DNA from: Candidatus Latescibacterota bacterium
Lineage (GTDB): Bacteria > Latescibacterota > UBA2968 > UBA8231
Reading direction: 5' to 3'
NCBI GenBank assembly: GCA_963422735.1
Contig: OY730476.1
Coordinates: forward strand, 1,792,001 to 1,856,000
DNA length: 64,000 bases
Shown: positions 29,132 through 39,741 of the stretch, piece by piece
Layout of the letters: each line of letters opens with the position of its first letter
Numbering within the stretch: the first letter of the stretch is position 1
Translations under genes and position numbers: made by a program
Notes under the pieces: model-generated
What the model was told of the DNA's origin: nothing
Seen by the model: the letters and a program-made list of their open reading frames with translations, nothing else
Database searches by the model: none

Positions 29132-32100
29132 AAAGGAAGCTGCTCGGGGCGGCGGCCGTTCTGGGTGCCGTCCTCGGCCTTGTCGCGCTCACGCCCCTAG
29201 GTCCTGCCGCGCTCGCGCACCTGTTAGAGCGCGGGGTTGGGGGGTGGCAGGTTTCCATCGGCGGTCGCGGAGGGGGCTTGCTCTATGGGTTTTCCTTTTT
29301 CGACTTGCGCTGCCAAAACCCTGCGCTGGGGGTGGCTGTCGATGTCGAGCATCTCGCTGTACGACCGTGGTCTTGGGCCGTCGAAATGCAGGCCCCCAAG
29401 GTGCGGATTGAGCCAAGCACCACGGTCGATACGACCGCCGCGGCCACAGATATCGAACTGCCCATCGCCTTCCTCCCCAACCTCAGCGCAACAGCCGGCG
29501 CACTCGATTGGCAGTTGGGCGAAACGCGGATCGTGGCGCGGGACTGGCGCGGCGCGTATCGCGCAGTAGCAGACACCTCGGCGCACTTAGAGTTGGCCTC
29601 GTCCGACCTGCAGGGAGTGCCGCTGCGCTCGCTAACGCTGGATCTCGCGCTTAGTCCTCACCGCATTGACCGCGGAGAAGTCCGGGCTTTGAGCCTTAGT
29701 GACAGTCTAAGGGCCGCACTGCACGCGTCGTTTTCCTTGGGGCTGAAGCTGCCGCGGCCTTTGCAGGTGGACGCCGAGGCGACGGTAGAGGCCGATTCCG
29801 CGCAGGGATCCTTAGAAGCGGAGATAAGCGGGGCGTTGACGCCGCTGCAATTGCGCGGGACGCTCAGGGGCAAGGGTAGCGCACCCGCGATCTCCTCAGT
29901 GGATCTGCGAGGGTGCGTGCGCGCCAACAGCACGCGCCTAACGCTGGATTCTCTACTCGTCTCTTTGTTCGACGGTACCCTGACGGGCGAGGGGACTTAT
30001 TTTTTCGCCCGCGATAGCTTGCAGGCCCAACTGCGGGGCGAGGGATTTGACCTTGCGCGAGCGGCCCCCTTTGCGGGACGGGCGGAATTCGATCTAGCGG
30101 CTGGAGTGCATTTGCAGCACCGGCACTATACGGCGGATTTTACCGCCATCCTGCGCGATGTGGACCTCATTCCCGATCAGCGATTTGACGCCGAGATAAC
30201 GGCTTGGCACCGGCCCGACGGGGCGACTCTTCTCGAACTCCAATCGCCCTTGCTGGAGTTGGCGGCCACCGGCTCTTCCAGCTTAGAGGGGGGCTACGAC
30301 CTCGCGCTAAAGGGCGAAGTGCAGGCGGCGTCCTTTTTGCGCGGAGCAGCGCCCGTAGCTATTGCTGGACAGGCCAAGCCCGATACGCTGGCGTTGCAGC
30401 TAACGACTAGCCATCTCCCCGGCGAATTGGGCGAGAAGTTCGGGCCGCTCGCAGTGGATCTACACCTGTTCGCCAACCGCTATCTCGCGGTCGCGCTGCA
30501 CTTAGAACGCGATCTCCTAGTAGCGCGAGCGGACATCGATCTAGCAAGCAGCGAGGTCGATACGCTGGTGGTGGCCGTGAACGGACTGGCTCTGGCGCGG
30601 GTCATGCCCGAGTTGGGTGGTCGGCTCGACGCAGACTTGCGCGGGGCGGGCGGCCTTTCGCTCGAAGCGCTCCTGCTGACCGGGCGCGTTGCGACCACGC
30701 CGCTAGAGTACGCGGATTGGCAGACCGGCGAGCTCGCACTGGATGTGGGCTGGGATCGGGGTGCGGCGCGGGGGGTCGGCGGGGGACGAGGCGTAAACGT
30801 GCTGGCCGAGCTAGACGCGGCTGGGCACTTAACGGCTCAAGCGGATTTTACCGATACCTTGTTGCGGGGGATAGATGGCGCAGTGGTCGCATTGGGCGGT
30901 ACTTTGCGCTGGGACGGGCCGCTGGATGACCTAGACGCGGCTCAAGCGGACCTCGCATTCGATTCGCTTTTGCTGCGGCAGGGGGAATGGGTGCTGCAAA
31001 ACTACGGTCCCCTCCAAGCCAACTATGGCGACGGGCGTATGGACCTCGCGGCGCTACACCTGCAAACGCCCGTTGGGCTAGTGGGCCTTTCGGGTTGGGT
31101 CGAAAGGGATTCGCTCTCCGTTGCAGCGGAGTTACCCTCCCTTGAACTGTCCAACCTCGTGCCCGATCTCAGCGCGGCGGGCGGCGGGCATCTGCGGGTT
31201 AGCGGCACCCTAGCCAAGCCAGAGGCACAAGGCGCGGTGACGCTGGGGGAGATGCGCCTCGACACCCTCGCCCTCGGCAATGCTCAACTGCGCCTTGCGC
31301 TGACTGATTCGCTCACTGCTGAGTTCAGCACCGATGCCGGCGCACACCTCGCGCTCACCTGCCCAGCCGCACCGCTCTTCGGGTCGGGGGAAGCCTCCGC
31401 TCGGCTCGCAATCGAGGCAGTGGCGGCCGACTTGGGGCCAGTGCTCAGTTATGCTTTGGGACGCCCGCTGCAGGGGCGGCTCGACCTCGATGGGCAGGTA
31501 GAAGCGGCCTTAGGGGATTCCATGCCAAGCTGGCGGGACTTGTCCGGGCATATCGATGTGCACAGCCTAGCCATTGAGAGCCACGCCACTGCCGACTCGC
31601 TGCGACTAGACCTCCTGTCTGGCGGGCGATTCGCGCTCGGCGAAGGGCGCGTGACATTGGACTCAGTGGCGATTGGCTTGCGGCGGTACGACCGCGACCG
31701 CCTCGCCCTGCAGCCGGCCGGCACCTTGCGACTGGCGGGCCAACTGGTGGGCACCCAGCCCTCGCAGATTGAGCTGGCCCTCAAAGACCTAGACTTGGCT
31801 TTCTTCGGCGGCCCCGAGGGGCTGGTCCAACTCGACGCCGAGGTCCGCGGCACAGCATCTGCTCCCCAGCTCGCCGCCGATCTGGCCGTGGAAACTGCGG
31901 ACTTGGGAAAGCTGCGCGGCCAGCTCGTCGGCGACCGACACGGCGGCGATTGGCATTTGAACTGGACGACCTTGCTCGACGACAGCCTCACTGTGACCGG
32001 TCGCGTGCCCTGGGATTTGCAGGCCGGCACACTCTCCTTAGACGAGGGCTGGCTCGAGGCGCGTTCCGACAGTATCGGACTCCTCTTTCTCGGCGATCTA

Positions 32101-33429
32101 ATAGCCGAACTGGACCATCTCGACGGGCGGATTAGCGCGAATCTCCGGGCCGAGGGGTTGGACTCAACGCTCTCATTACAAGGGCAAATAGGGGTCGCGG
32201 GTCTCGAATTTGCCCTGCCCGACCTCAAGCCGATTTACAAGCTGCCCGATGGACAGTTGCAATTCAATGGCCGACAGGTCGAGCTGGCGGGTTTCTCCGT
32301 CGAGGAAGAACCTAAGCGGGGGTTTCGCAGCGCGGCGCTTACCGGGCAGCTCGACCTATCGCGGCTCGACGACCCTATCTTTGACTTGCGACTCCGAGCC
32401 GAGCGGATGAATTCCTACTACGAAGATGTCGCGCAGTCGTTTAGAGCGGACGACATCGACGTGGATCTGTCTTTCGCTGGCTCGATCAGCGCGTCCAAGT
32501 TGGCCGGGCGCATCCGCCTCGACCGGCCGCGGTCCGAGGCGAGCCTCGTAGTCCTCGCGCTTCCCGTGCCACCACCACCGCCGGCATTGCGCGACGAGTT
32601 TTTGGAGAACATGGCCCTCGCCGTCGAGGTCGATATCCGCGGCCTCGCCCTCGACAGCGAGCTAGCCGAGGTCGAAGCGTCGGGCGCAGTTGAGATCGGC
32701 GGCACCTTCTACAAGCCGCTCTTCCAAGGCGACATAACAATAGACGAAGGGCAGATCTTCGTACTCAACCACCCATTCGCGATCACACAGGGGCGCGTCG
32801 TCTTCAACCGCCTAGCGCTGACTAAGTCCATCCTCGACGTGATGTACGATCCCCTCCAACTGAATCCCACGCTCGATTTGGAGGCCAAGACCGAGGAAAT
32901 CACAGACATTCAGGACGATGATAATAAATACGTCGTAACTTTGACGCTGCGAGGGCCGGCTCAGAAAATCGAGCCGGATTTTGAAGCGAACTCGAAGAAC
33001 CCGGACGCAGACCCGCTAGAAGAGCTTCCGAGCATCGTCAACCTGCTGGCCTTTAACACGGCTAACCTCACCGATGCCTTTGGTACGCGTACCGATGCCT
33101 TTAGTACAGCCGCCACGGCCTTCGGCACGGCCGCCGGTCAACTCTTGAGCAAGCAGGTCGAGAAGGTGGGGCTGAATGAATTCACGGTCGTGCCGTCGAG
33201 CACAATTGTCGGTGCTTCGCCTGGGGATCCCGTCCTCCGCGCGGGCAAGTACCTCGGTGGGTTGCCTCTGCCCCTCTGGGTGCGCTACGAAGCTATGCTA
33301 AAAGAGATGGCTGCGGGAGAGGTGCGGGTCGAGCACAAGATCAAGTCCTTCCTGACCATCGTCGGCTCGGCGCAAAGCAAGCACGATCACTATGGGCTAG
33401 GCATCGGCCTGAAACGAGAATTCCGATGA
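29128..33429 (+). CDS. tamB: Translocation/assembly module TamB
   Basis: 1433 aa, N-terminal membrane anchor, beta-taco repeats, DUF490-like C-terminus; coupled to an Omp85 gene. Confidence 0.82.
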   Translation: MKRKLLGAAAVLGAVLGLVALTPLGPAALAHLLERGVGGWQVSIGGRGGGLLYGFSFFDLRCQNPALGVAVDVEHLAVRPWSWAVEMQAPKVRIEPSTTVDTTAAATDIELPIAFLPNLSATAGALDWQLGETRIVARDWRGAYRAVADTSAHLELASSDLQGVPLRSLTLDLALSPHRIDRGEVRALSLSDSLRAALHASFSLGLKLPRPLQVDAEATVEADSAQGSLEAEISGALTPLQLRGTLRGKGSAPAISSVDLRGCVRANSTRLTLDSLLVSLFDGTLTGEGTYFFARDSLQAQLRGEGFDLARAAPFAGRAEFDLAAGVHLQHRHYTADFTAILRDVDLIPDQRFDAEITAWHRPDGATLLELQSPLLELAATGSSSLEGGYDLALKGEVQAASFLRGAAPVAIAGQAKPDTLALQLTTSHLPGELGEKFGPLAVDLHLFANRYLAVALHLERDLLVARADIDLASSEVDTLVVAVNGLALARVMPELGGRLDADLRGAGGLSLEALLLTGRVATTPLEYADWQTGELALDVGWDRGAARGVGGGRGVNVLAELDAAGHLTAQADFTDTLLRGIDGAVVALGGTLRWDGPLDDLDAAQADLAFDSLLLRQGEWVLQNYGPLQANYGDGRMDLAALHLQTPVGLVGLSGWVERDSLSVAAELPSLELSNLVPDLSAAGGGHLRVSGTLAKPEAQGAVTLGEMRLDTLALGNAQLRLALTDSLTAEFSTDAGAHLALTCPAAPLFGSGEASARLAIEAVAADLGPVLSYALGRPLQGRLDLDGQVEAALGDSMPSWRDLSGHIDVHSLAIESHATADSLRLDLLSGGRFALGEGRVTLDSVAIGLRRYDRDRLALQPAGTLRLAGQLVGTQPSQIELALKDLDLAFFGGPEGLVQLDAEVRGTASAPQLAADLAVETADLGKLRGQLVGDRHGGDWHLNWTTLLDDSLTVTGRVPWDLQAGTLSLDEGWLEARSDSIGLLFLGDLIAELDHLDGRISANLRAEGLDSTLSLQGQIGVAGLEFALPDLKPIYKLPDGQLQFNGRQVELAGFSVEEEPKRGFRSAALTGQLDLSRLDDPIFDLRLRAERMNSYYEDVAQSFRADDIDVDLSFAGSISASKLAGRIRLDRPRSEASLVVLALPVPPPPPALRDEFLENMALAVEVDIRGLALDSELAEVEASGAVEIGGTFYKPLFQGDITIDEGQIFVLNHPFAITQGRVVFNRLALTKSILDVMYDPLQLNPTLDLEAKTEEITDIQDDDNKYVVTLTLRGPAQKIEPDFEANSKNPDADPLEELPSIVNLLAFNTANLTDAFGTRTDAFSTAATAFGTAAGQLLSKQVEKVGLNEFTVVPSSTIVGASPGDPVLRAGKYLGGLPLPLWVRYEAMLKEMAAGEVRVEHKIKSFLTIVGSAQSKHDHYGLGIGLKREFR

Positions 33430-35483
33430 GCATACTCGTGGCCGCACTCTGTCTGGCCCTCGCCGGGACTGCCTTGGCCCAAGATGACCTGCGCACAATA
33501 TCAGCCCGCGAGGCCGATGGCCACAAAGTGTCCCGCATACTTTTCGTTCACCGAGGCGAAAAGCGCATCAAAGGCGAGACCTTGCGCTCGGCCATGCTGA
33601 CTCAAGAAGGCAAGCGCTTCCAACGCCGCTTCTTCAAAAACGACCTGATCCAACTGGTCAACCTCTACCACAGCAAGGGCTATCGCGACGCCGAGATCGT
33701 CCGCAAGTACCTGCGCTTGGACGCCAAAAACCGAGTCCACGTTCACATTGAAATCGACAGCGGTGCGCTGTGGAGGGTGCGTGCCCTAACGCTCGTAGGG
33801 GGCGCACCCTTTGCAGCCGACACTCTGCGCGCTCAGGTCGGCTTGCGCACCGGCGCGCCCCTCAACTACGGCAAGGTGCTCGAAGGCGAGCGCCAGTTAC
33901 AGGTCTTCCTCAATCAGCGCGGCTACCCTCACGCCGCAGTGCGCAACGAGTGGGTGGGGGACGACCGCGCCAGCCATAGCACCGAGGTTGTCTTCCGCAT
34001 CGATCCCAAGCGCAAGATGTACTTCGGTGCCGTCGAGATCGAAAACCTTGAGCAACTATACACGAGCAAGGGGCTAATCGAGCGCTATCTGCATTTTGAG
34101 CAGGGGGGCTTGTACAATCCCGAACAGCTAGCCAAAAGCCGCGAGCAACTGGCGAGGACCGGCCTGTTCCGCTCGGTCTTTTTGCTCACCCCTGAGACGG
34201 GCGACAGCTTGCAGCCAGTCGTGGTCCGCTTGAAAGAAAAAAAGCGCATCTCTCTAAGTGCCGATGTCCTATTCAGCAACATTAAGCCGCGCGTGGCCGG
34301 GGTCGTGCAGCACGACAACTGGCTGGGTCGCGGAGCTCGGCTAAGCCTCGACGCCGGTTGGGGGAAGCCGGAACAGGGCGTCACCGCTTCCTTTACCGAG
34401 CGCAACTTGCTGGGCACGGGTGCCGACCTAGTGCTGTCGGCAGGGGTCACCGACGAGTGGGGAGACAAAGAGGTGTCGGGCGACCCAGACGATCAGCACC
34501 AATTCGCGCTTTTGACGGCCAACGATTCGGTGCTCAACGGCATCTTGTTATTCTCCGGGGAAGTGGACGCACGGGAGTACATCAACACGATCACCTTCAA
34601 ATACCGCTCGGTCGAGCACCTGTGGAAAGCTGAGGCAACGCTCACCAAGGGCTGGCGCGAGATTTACCAAGTCCAAGTCTCCCTTAGCGGGGAAGACTCG
34701 CGCATCCGTCCCGACCCAAGCGAGCCCATCGCCTACTCGCCCGGTCCCGATGGCGGGGAAGAAAGCGACAGCGATGAGCCGACCGACGTGGAAGATCTGT
34801 TCGGCGAAGACGACTTTGATTTTTCTGGCGAGGGCAATTCCGCCCAAGACGAGGTTATAGACTACGGCGATGGTACGATTCCAGTGACCGCGGACTGGCT
34901 GCAGATCCTGACTAATCGCAAGCGATCCATTGACTTGAGCACCGAGTTTTGGCGCGACTCGCGCGATGACCCCTTTGCCCCCACGCGCGGCGCGTTCTTG
35001 CGGTTGACCGGACTCTACGCCTACGCCTTCATTCTAGGAAGAGGCCCGACTTATGTGATCGACGGCGAGGCCGAGTTTCGGTATTACCAGCCCCTCTTTC
35101 GCCGGCTAGTGTTGGCCCTAGCCCTGCACGGAGCACGGACGGCCTCGCTGCGCCGGGGACGCCCACTACCGCAGGATTATTGGAAAGAGTATGGAGGCGA
35201 AGGATCCGTGCGTGGCGTCGAGTACAAAACTATAGACGCACCGGGCGGCGGACGCTTCGGCCTGAATATGCGCGGGGAATTGCGCTATCAGCAGAACAGC
35301 TTCGGCCTCGTTGGCTTTTGGGATCGGGCGCAAGTTTGGCGCAAGCCAAAAAAGGCAACCTTGCGGCAGATGGTCGATGGCTATGGGGTGGGGCTGCGCT
35401 ATGTTTTGGGCTTTCCCCTCCGGCTCGACGTAGCGTTCAACGACGGATTTCGCTTGTATTTTTCTATCGGTCAGGCTTTTTAA
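33426..35483 (+). CDS. Omp85 family (TamA/BamA) outer-membrane protein
   Basis: Signal peptide, POTRA domains (LYHSKGYRDA, LARTGLFRSV), GGEGSVRG, beta-signal YFSIGQAF. Confidence 0.92.
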   Translation: MSILVAALCLALAGTALAQDDLRTISAREADGHKVSRILFVHRGEKRIKGETLRSAMLTQEGKRFQRRFFKNDLIQLVNLYHSKGYRDAEIVRKYLRLDAKNRVHVHIEIDSGALWRVRALTLVGGAPFAADTLRAQVGLRTGAPLNYGKVLEGERQLQVFLNQRGYPHAAVRNEWVGDDRASHSTEVVFRIDPKRKMYFGAVEIENLEQLYTSKGLIERYLHFEQGGLYNPEQLAKSREQLARTGLFRSVFLLTPETGDSLQPVVVRLKEKKRISLSADVLFSNIKPRVAGVVQHDNWLGRGARLSLDAGWGKPEQGVTASFTERNLLGTGADLVLSAGVTDEWGDKEVSGDPDDQHQFALLTANDSVLNGILLFSGEVDAREYINTITFKYRSVEHLWKAEATLTKGWREIYQVQVSLSGEDSRIRPDPSEPIAYSPGPDGGEESDSDEPTDVEDLFGEDDFDFSGEGNSAQDEVIDYGDGTIPVTADWLQILTNRKRSIDLSTEFWRDSRDDPFAPTRGAFLRLTGLYAYAFILGRGPTYVIDGEAEFRYYQPLFRRLVLALALHGARTASLRRGRPLPQDYWKEYGGEGSVRGVEYKTIDAPGGGRFGLNMRGELRYQQNSFGLVGFWDRAQVWRKPKKATLRQMVDGYGVGLRYVLGFPLRLDVAFNDGFRLYFSIGQAF

Positions 35484-36344
35484 ATGGTCGAAATAATACA
35501 TCACGCCAACGCCAGCAAGCTGATTTCGCTTTCGGGTGCTTGCCTCGAATTACATGAGAGCGAAAACAATTTGCCGATCGGCCTCGCGCACGCGCTCGCT
35601 AAAGATCCCCTTCGCTACGGGCCTGAGCCTCCGTTATTCTTGAGTGTCTTAGAGCAAAATAGCCCGGTCGGCGTGGCCGTAATGACGCCGCCGAGGAGAA
35701 TCGTTCTGAGCAAGTTCGTTGCGAATATCAAAGGGGCTATGGTTCATCTCGTGCGCTACCTGCTCGAAACGGATGCGTCCATCCCCGGCGTTGTCGGGCC
35801 GGCGTCCGAAGCGCAAGCCTTTTCCGATTGCTGGGTAGAGGCCGTGCCTAGTGCCTCGCCTAGGGAGGCCATGCGGATGCGCGTATTTGAGGCCCGAACG
35901 GTCGCCGATGTGCCCCTTTCTCCGGGGGCACTACGCTTGGCCATCGTGGACGACTATCCGCTTGTGGCGCAGTGGATGGTCGCCTTTTCGCAAGAGGCGT
36001 TAGGTAAGCCAGCCGATCTCGACGGGGCCAAGAAAAGCGCCAAGCGGTTCATCGCTGATGGGGATATGTACATTTGGGATTGCAATGGACCGGTCTCTAT
36101 TGCCAAAGCGGCGCGTCCGATGAGAAACGGCATAACAGTCAACGCGGTGTACACGCCACCAGAGCAGCGCAACAAGGGATACGCCACCTCATGCGTCGCG
36201 TCGTTGACCAAGAAACTGCTCTCCGAGCACTATTCGTTTTGTAGCCTATTTGCCGATTTATCCAATCCAACCTCCAACAGCATCTACTCCAAAATCGGCT
36301 ACGTGCCTTTGGGGGATGCGCTAGAATTTGATTTCGCTAACTAA
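35484..36344 (+). CDS. GNAT acetyltransferase
   Basis: VYTPPEQRNKGYA, LFADLSNPTSNSIYSKIGY. Confidence 0.92.
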   Translation: MVEIIHHANASKLISLSGACLELHESENNLPIGLAHALAKDPLRYGPEPPLFLSVLEQNSPVGVAVMTPPRRIVLSKFVANIKGAMVHLVRYLLETDASIPGVVGPASEAQAFSDCWVEAVPSASPREAMRMRVFEARTVADVPLSPGALRLAIVDDYPLVAQWMVAFSQEALGKPADLDGAKKSAKRFIADGDMYIWDCNGPVSIAKAARPMRNGITVNAVYTPPEQRNKGYATSCVASLTKKLLSEHYSFCSLFADLSNPTSNSIYSKIGYVPLGDALEFDFAN

Positions 36345-36385
36345 AACTCACTGCCGCCAGACGGTAGCTTCTTGAAAGGGCTGTC

Positions 36386-38227
36386 ATGCAATCATTTCGC
36401 AGCAGTACCACCACGCAGGGGCGGCGCATGGCCGGCGCACGTGCCCTGTGGCGCGCCACCGGCATGAAGACCGAGGACTTCCAAAAGCCCATCGTCGCCA
36501 TCGCCAACTCCTTTACTCAGTTCGTGCCCGGGCACGTGCATTTGCACCCCATTGGCCAGCAGGTTAAGGAAGTGATCGACCAGCACGGCGGCTACGGCGT
36601 GGAGTTCAACACCATTGCCGTGGACGACGGCATTGCCATGGGGCACGACGGCATGCTCTACTCCCTGCCGAGCCGCGAGTTGATCGCCGACAGCGTCGAG
36701 TACATGGTGCAGGCCCACAAGGCCGACGCCCTCGTCTGCATTTCCAATTGCGACAAAATCACCCCGGGCATGTTGCTAGCCGCGCTCAGACTCAACATTC
36801 CGGCGATCTTCGTCTCGGGCGGGCCAATGGAGGCCGGCAAGACCGAGCTATCAACGGGGCCTGCTAAGCTCGATTTGATCGACTCCATGGTCGCCGCGGC
36901 CGACCCCAACCTGAGCGACGAGGACGTGGCTAAGATGGAGGAACAAGCCTGCCCGACTTGTGGCTCGTGTTCGGGCATGTTCACCGCCAACTCCATGAAC
37001 TGCCTCAACGAAGCCATCGGCCTAGCCCTGCCGGGCAACGGCACCATCCTCGCCACGCACGAGCTGCGCTGGGAGCTTTTTGCCGCGGCCGGTAAGCGGA
37101 TTGTCGAAATGGCTAAGGCATTTTACCTAGAGGGCGACATTTCGGTGCTGCCGCGGAGCATTGCGACCTTCTCGGCGTTTGAAAACGCCATGACCTTAGA
37201 CATTGCCATGGGCGGCTCCACCAACACGGTCCTACACCTGTTGGCCATGGCCCGCGAGGCCGAAGTCAATTTCACCATGGCCGACATCGACCGGCTCTCG
37301 CGGCAAGTCCCCTATATCTGCAAAGTAGCACCGGCCTCGCAGGAGTTTCACATAGAGGACGTCGCGCGCGCTGGCGGCATTATGAGCATTCTCGGCGAGC
37401 TGTTGCGCGCCGACAAAGTCCACCCCGAGCCAAAGACCGTTGCCGGACCGTCGCTGGGCGAGTTGCTCGCCGCAAACGACATTCGCGGACCGGGTGCGGT
37501 GGAAGCGATGGCCAAGCAGCGAGCGTTGGCGGCCCCGGGCAACGTGCGGACGAAAGCCGCCTTCTCCCAAAACAACTTTTACCCCGAGCCGGACACCGAC
37601 GATCAAACGGGCTGCATCCGCTCGGTCGCGCACGCTTATTCGCAGGACGGCGGGCTGGCGGTGCTTTTCGGCAACATCGCCGAGGAAGGCTGCATCGTGA
37701 AGACTGCCGGTGTTGATGAGGCGATCTGGATATTTGAGGGCACGGCCCGAATCTTCGAGTCGCAGGACGAAGCATGTGAGGGCATCCTAGGCGGCAAGGT
37801 CGGCGACGGCGACGTGATAGTGATCCGCTACGAGGGCCCCAAGGGCGGGCCGGGAATGCAAGAGATGCTCTATCCAACGTCGTACCTCAAGTCCATGGGG
37901 CTGGGCAAGACCTGTGCGCTGCTAACCGACGGCCGCTTTTCCGGCGGCACCTCCGGGCTGTCGATTGGTCACGTCTCCCCGGAGGCGGCCGAGGGCGGGG
38001 CACTGGCCCTAGTGGAAATCGGCGACCGAATTCGCATCGACATTCCCAATCGCAAAATCGATGTGCTAATCGCGGACGCCGAGCTCTCCGCGCGACGGCA
38101 AAAAATAGACGCCTATCGGCCCCGCAACCGCCAACGCCACATCCCCCAATCGCTACAGGCGTATGCCGCGCTGACGACGAGTGCGGCGCACGGGGCGGTG
38201 CGAGATGTGGGGCAACTGCAGAAATAG
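36386..38227 (+). CDS. ilvD: Dihydroxy-acid dehydratase
   Basis: [43 protein letters not shown]. Confidence 0.98.
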   Translation: MQSFRSSTTTQGRRMAGARALWRATGMKTEDFQKPIVAIANSFTQFVPGHVHLHPIGQQVKEVIDQHGGYGVEFNTIAVDDGIAMGHDGMLYSLPSRELIADSVEYMVQAHKADALVCISNCDKITPGMLLAALRLNIPAIFVSGGPMEAGKTELSTGPAKLDLIDSMVAAADPNLSDEDVAKMEEQACPTCGSCSGMFTANSMNCLNEAIGLALPGNGTILATHELRWELFAAAGKRIVEMAKAFYLEGDISVLPRSIATFSAFENAMTLDIAMGGSTNTVLHLLAMAREAEVNFTMADIDRLSRQVPYICKVAPASQEFHIEDVARAGGIMSILGELLRADKVHPEPKTVAGPSLGELLAANDIRGPGAVEAMAKQRALAAPGNVRTKAAFSQNNFYPEPDTDDQTGCIRSVAHAYSQDGGLAVLFGNIAEEGCIVKTAGVDEAIWIFEGTARIFESQDEACEGILGGKVGDGDVIVIRYEGPKGGPGMQEMLYPTSYLKSMGLGKTCALLTDGRFSGGTSGLSIGHVSPEAAEGGALALVEIGDRIRIDIPNRKIDVLIADAELSARRQKIDAYRPRNRQRHIPQSLQAYAALTTSAAHGAVRDVGQLQK

Positions 38228-38249
38228 CTTTGCACACAAAAGGAACTTT

Positions 38250-39206
38250 ATGAAAATCACAGTACTAGACGGACACACCCTAAACCCCGGCGACAATCCT
38301 TGGGATCCAGTCTCGGCGTTGGGCGATTTTGCGGTGTACGACAAAACTCCAGACGACCTGATCTTGGATCGAGCTGCGGACGCCGACGTCGTTTTGACCA
38401 ACAAGGTGCCGCTGACGGCCGAGATGTTTGCCCAGCTACCCAACTTGCGCTTCGTGTCGGTTATGGCCACCGGGTACAACATCGTCGATGTGGAGGCTGC
38501 ACGCGTCCGTGCCATCCCAGTGTCAAACATTCCAGTGTACGGCACCGACTCGGTCGCCCAATACACTATGGCACTGCTGCTGGAGCTGTGCCACCGAATA
38601 GGCCACCATGACGCGGCGGTGCATCGAGGGGGCTGGGCTGAATCGGGCTATTGGTGTTTTTGGGAGACGCCGCTAATGGAGCTAGCCGGGAAAATTATCG
38701 GCCTAGTCGGCTTTGGGCGCATCGGCCAGCGCGTTGGCGAGCTGGCCCACGCTTTTGGCATGGAAGTCTGGGCTTATGCGCCGTCGCCAAAAGACCCGCC
38801 GGGGTACGCGCCGTTTGCCCTCAAGAGCACGGCGGAGATTTTCGCCGGGGCCGACGTGGTCAGCTTGCATTGCCCGCAGACGCCCGACAACGCGGGCTTT
38901 GTCAACGCCGAGTTGTTGGCGACCATGAAGGAAGGGTCTCTTTTCATCAACACGGCGCGCGGGGCACTCGTCGATGAGCAGGCCCTTTTGGAAGCACTGC
39001 GCGCCGGCAAGCCCCGCGCGGCGGCAACAGACGTGGCTTCCATCGAGCCGATAGCTAGTGGCAACCCGCTCTTGCAGGCACCCAATCTGCTCATCACGCC
39101 GCATATGGCTTGGGCCACGCTGGAGGCGCGCAAGCGACTGATGCAAATGACGGCAGAAAATGTGCGAGCCTTTCTGGCCGGCGCGCCGGTCAACGTGGTG
39201 AACTGA
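38250..39206 (+). CDS. D-2-hydroxyacid (glycerate/hydroxypyruvate) dehydrogenase
   Basis: MKITVLDGHTLNPGD, GFGRIG, INTARG, TPHMAW. Confidence 0.92.
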   Translation: MKITVLDGHTLNPGDNPWDPVSALGDFAVYDKTPDDLILDRAADADVVLTNKVPLTAEMFAQLPNLRFVSVMATGYNIVDVEAARVRAIPVSNIPVYGTDSVAQYTMALLLELCHRIGHHDAAVHRGGWAESGYWCFWETPLMELAGKIIGLVGFGRIGQRVGELAHAFGMEVWAYAPSPKDPPGYAPFALKSTAEIFAGADVVSLHCPQTPDNAGFVNAELLATMKEGSLFINTARGALVDEQALLEALRAGKPRAAATDVASIEPIASGNPLLQAPNLLITPHMAWATLEARKRLMQMTAENVRAFLAGAPVNVVN

Positions 39207-39213
39207 GCGAGCG

Positions 39214-39243
39214 TTGACATTGCGCTCGATTCCCTGTTATTAT
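39214..39243 (+). promoter_or_regulatory. ssrA sigma70 promoter
   Basis: TTGACA (39214-39219), 18 bp, TATTAT (39238-39243). Confidence 0.8.
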
Positions 39244-39250
39244 GGTCAAA

Positions 39251-39609
39251 GGGGGCGACATGGCTTCGACGGGGTCGGAGAAGCCCAAATTGCGTGCCGA
39301 GGTCCCGACACCTCGTAAATCCTCGGGAAACAATTAAGCGACGAAACTAACACGTACGCTCTGGCTGCCTAAATTTAGCGCAGTCCATTGGGGTCTGTTG
39401 AGCCTGCGCGGCAGGCCCCAATGTCATCTCTTAGCAGGCTGGTCCCAAACCCGCGCCCGAGGGAATGGGGCGAGATTTCTCGGGCTGGCCTGTTGCGAGG
39501 CCCGTCGGCCGGCAGCGCAACAGGCGAGATAACTAAGGCCGACTACGCACGTAGCATATTTCGGTAGAACCGGTCTCGGACGCGGGTTCGATTCCCGCCG
39601 CCTCCACCA
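39251..39609 (+). ncRNA. ssrA: tmRNA; tag (A)DETNTYALAA encoded at 39340-39372
   Basis: 5' GGGGGCGA...TTCGAC and 3' GGTTCGATTCCCGCCGCCTCCACCA; the tag ends YALAA. Confidence 0.97.
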
Positions 39610-39624
39610 TCTTTGAAAGCACAA

Positions 39625-39658
39625 CTCGTCTCTCCGGGGAAGCATCCGGAGAGACGAG
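39625..39658. terminator. Perfect 13-bp hairpin after tmRNA
   Basis: ctcgtctctccgg / ccggagagacgag. Confidence 0.65.
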
Positions 39659-39741
39659 CGTCTTGAACCTTTTATCGAATCTTTTGTTTTTAAAGGACTT
39701 GGAGCGACCCCGAGCGTTCTGGTAGAGCCTCTTAGTGAAAG

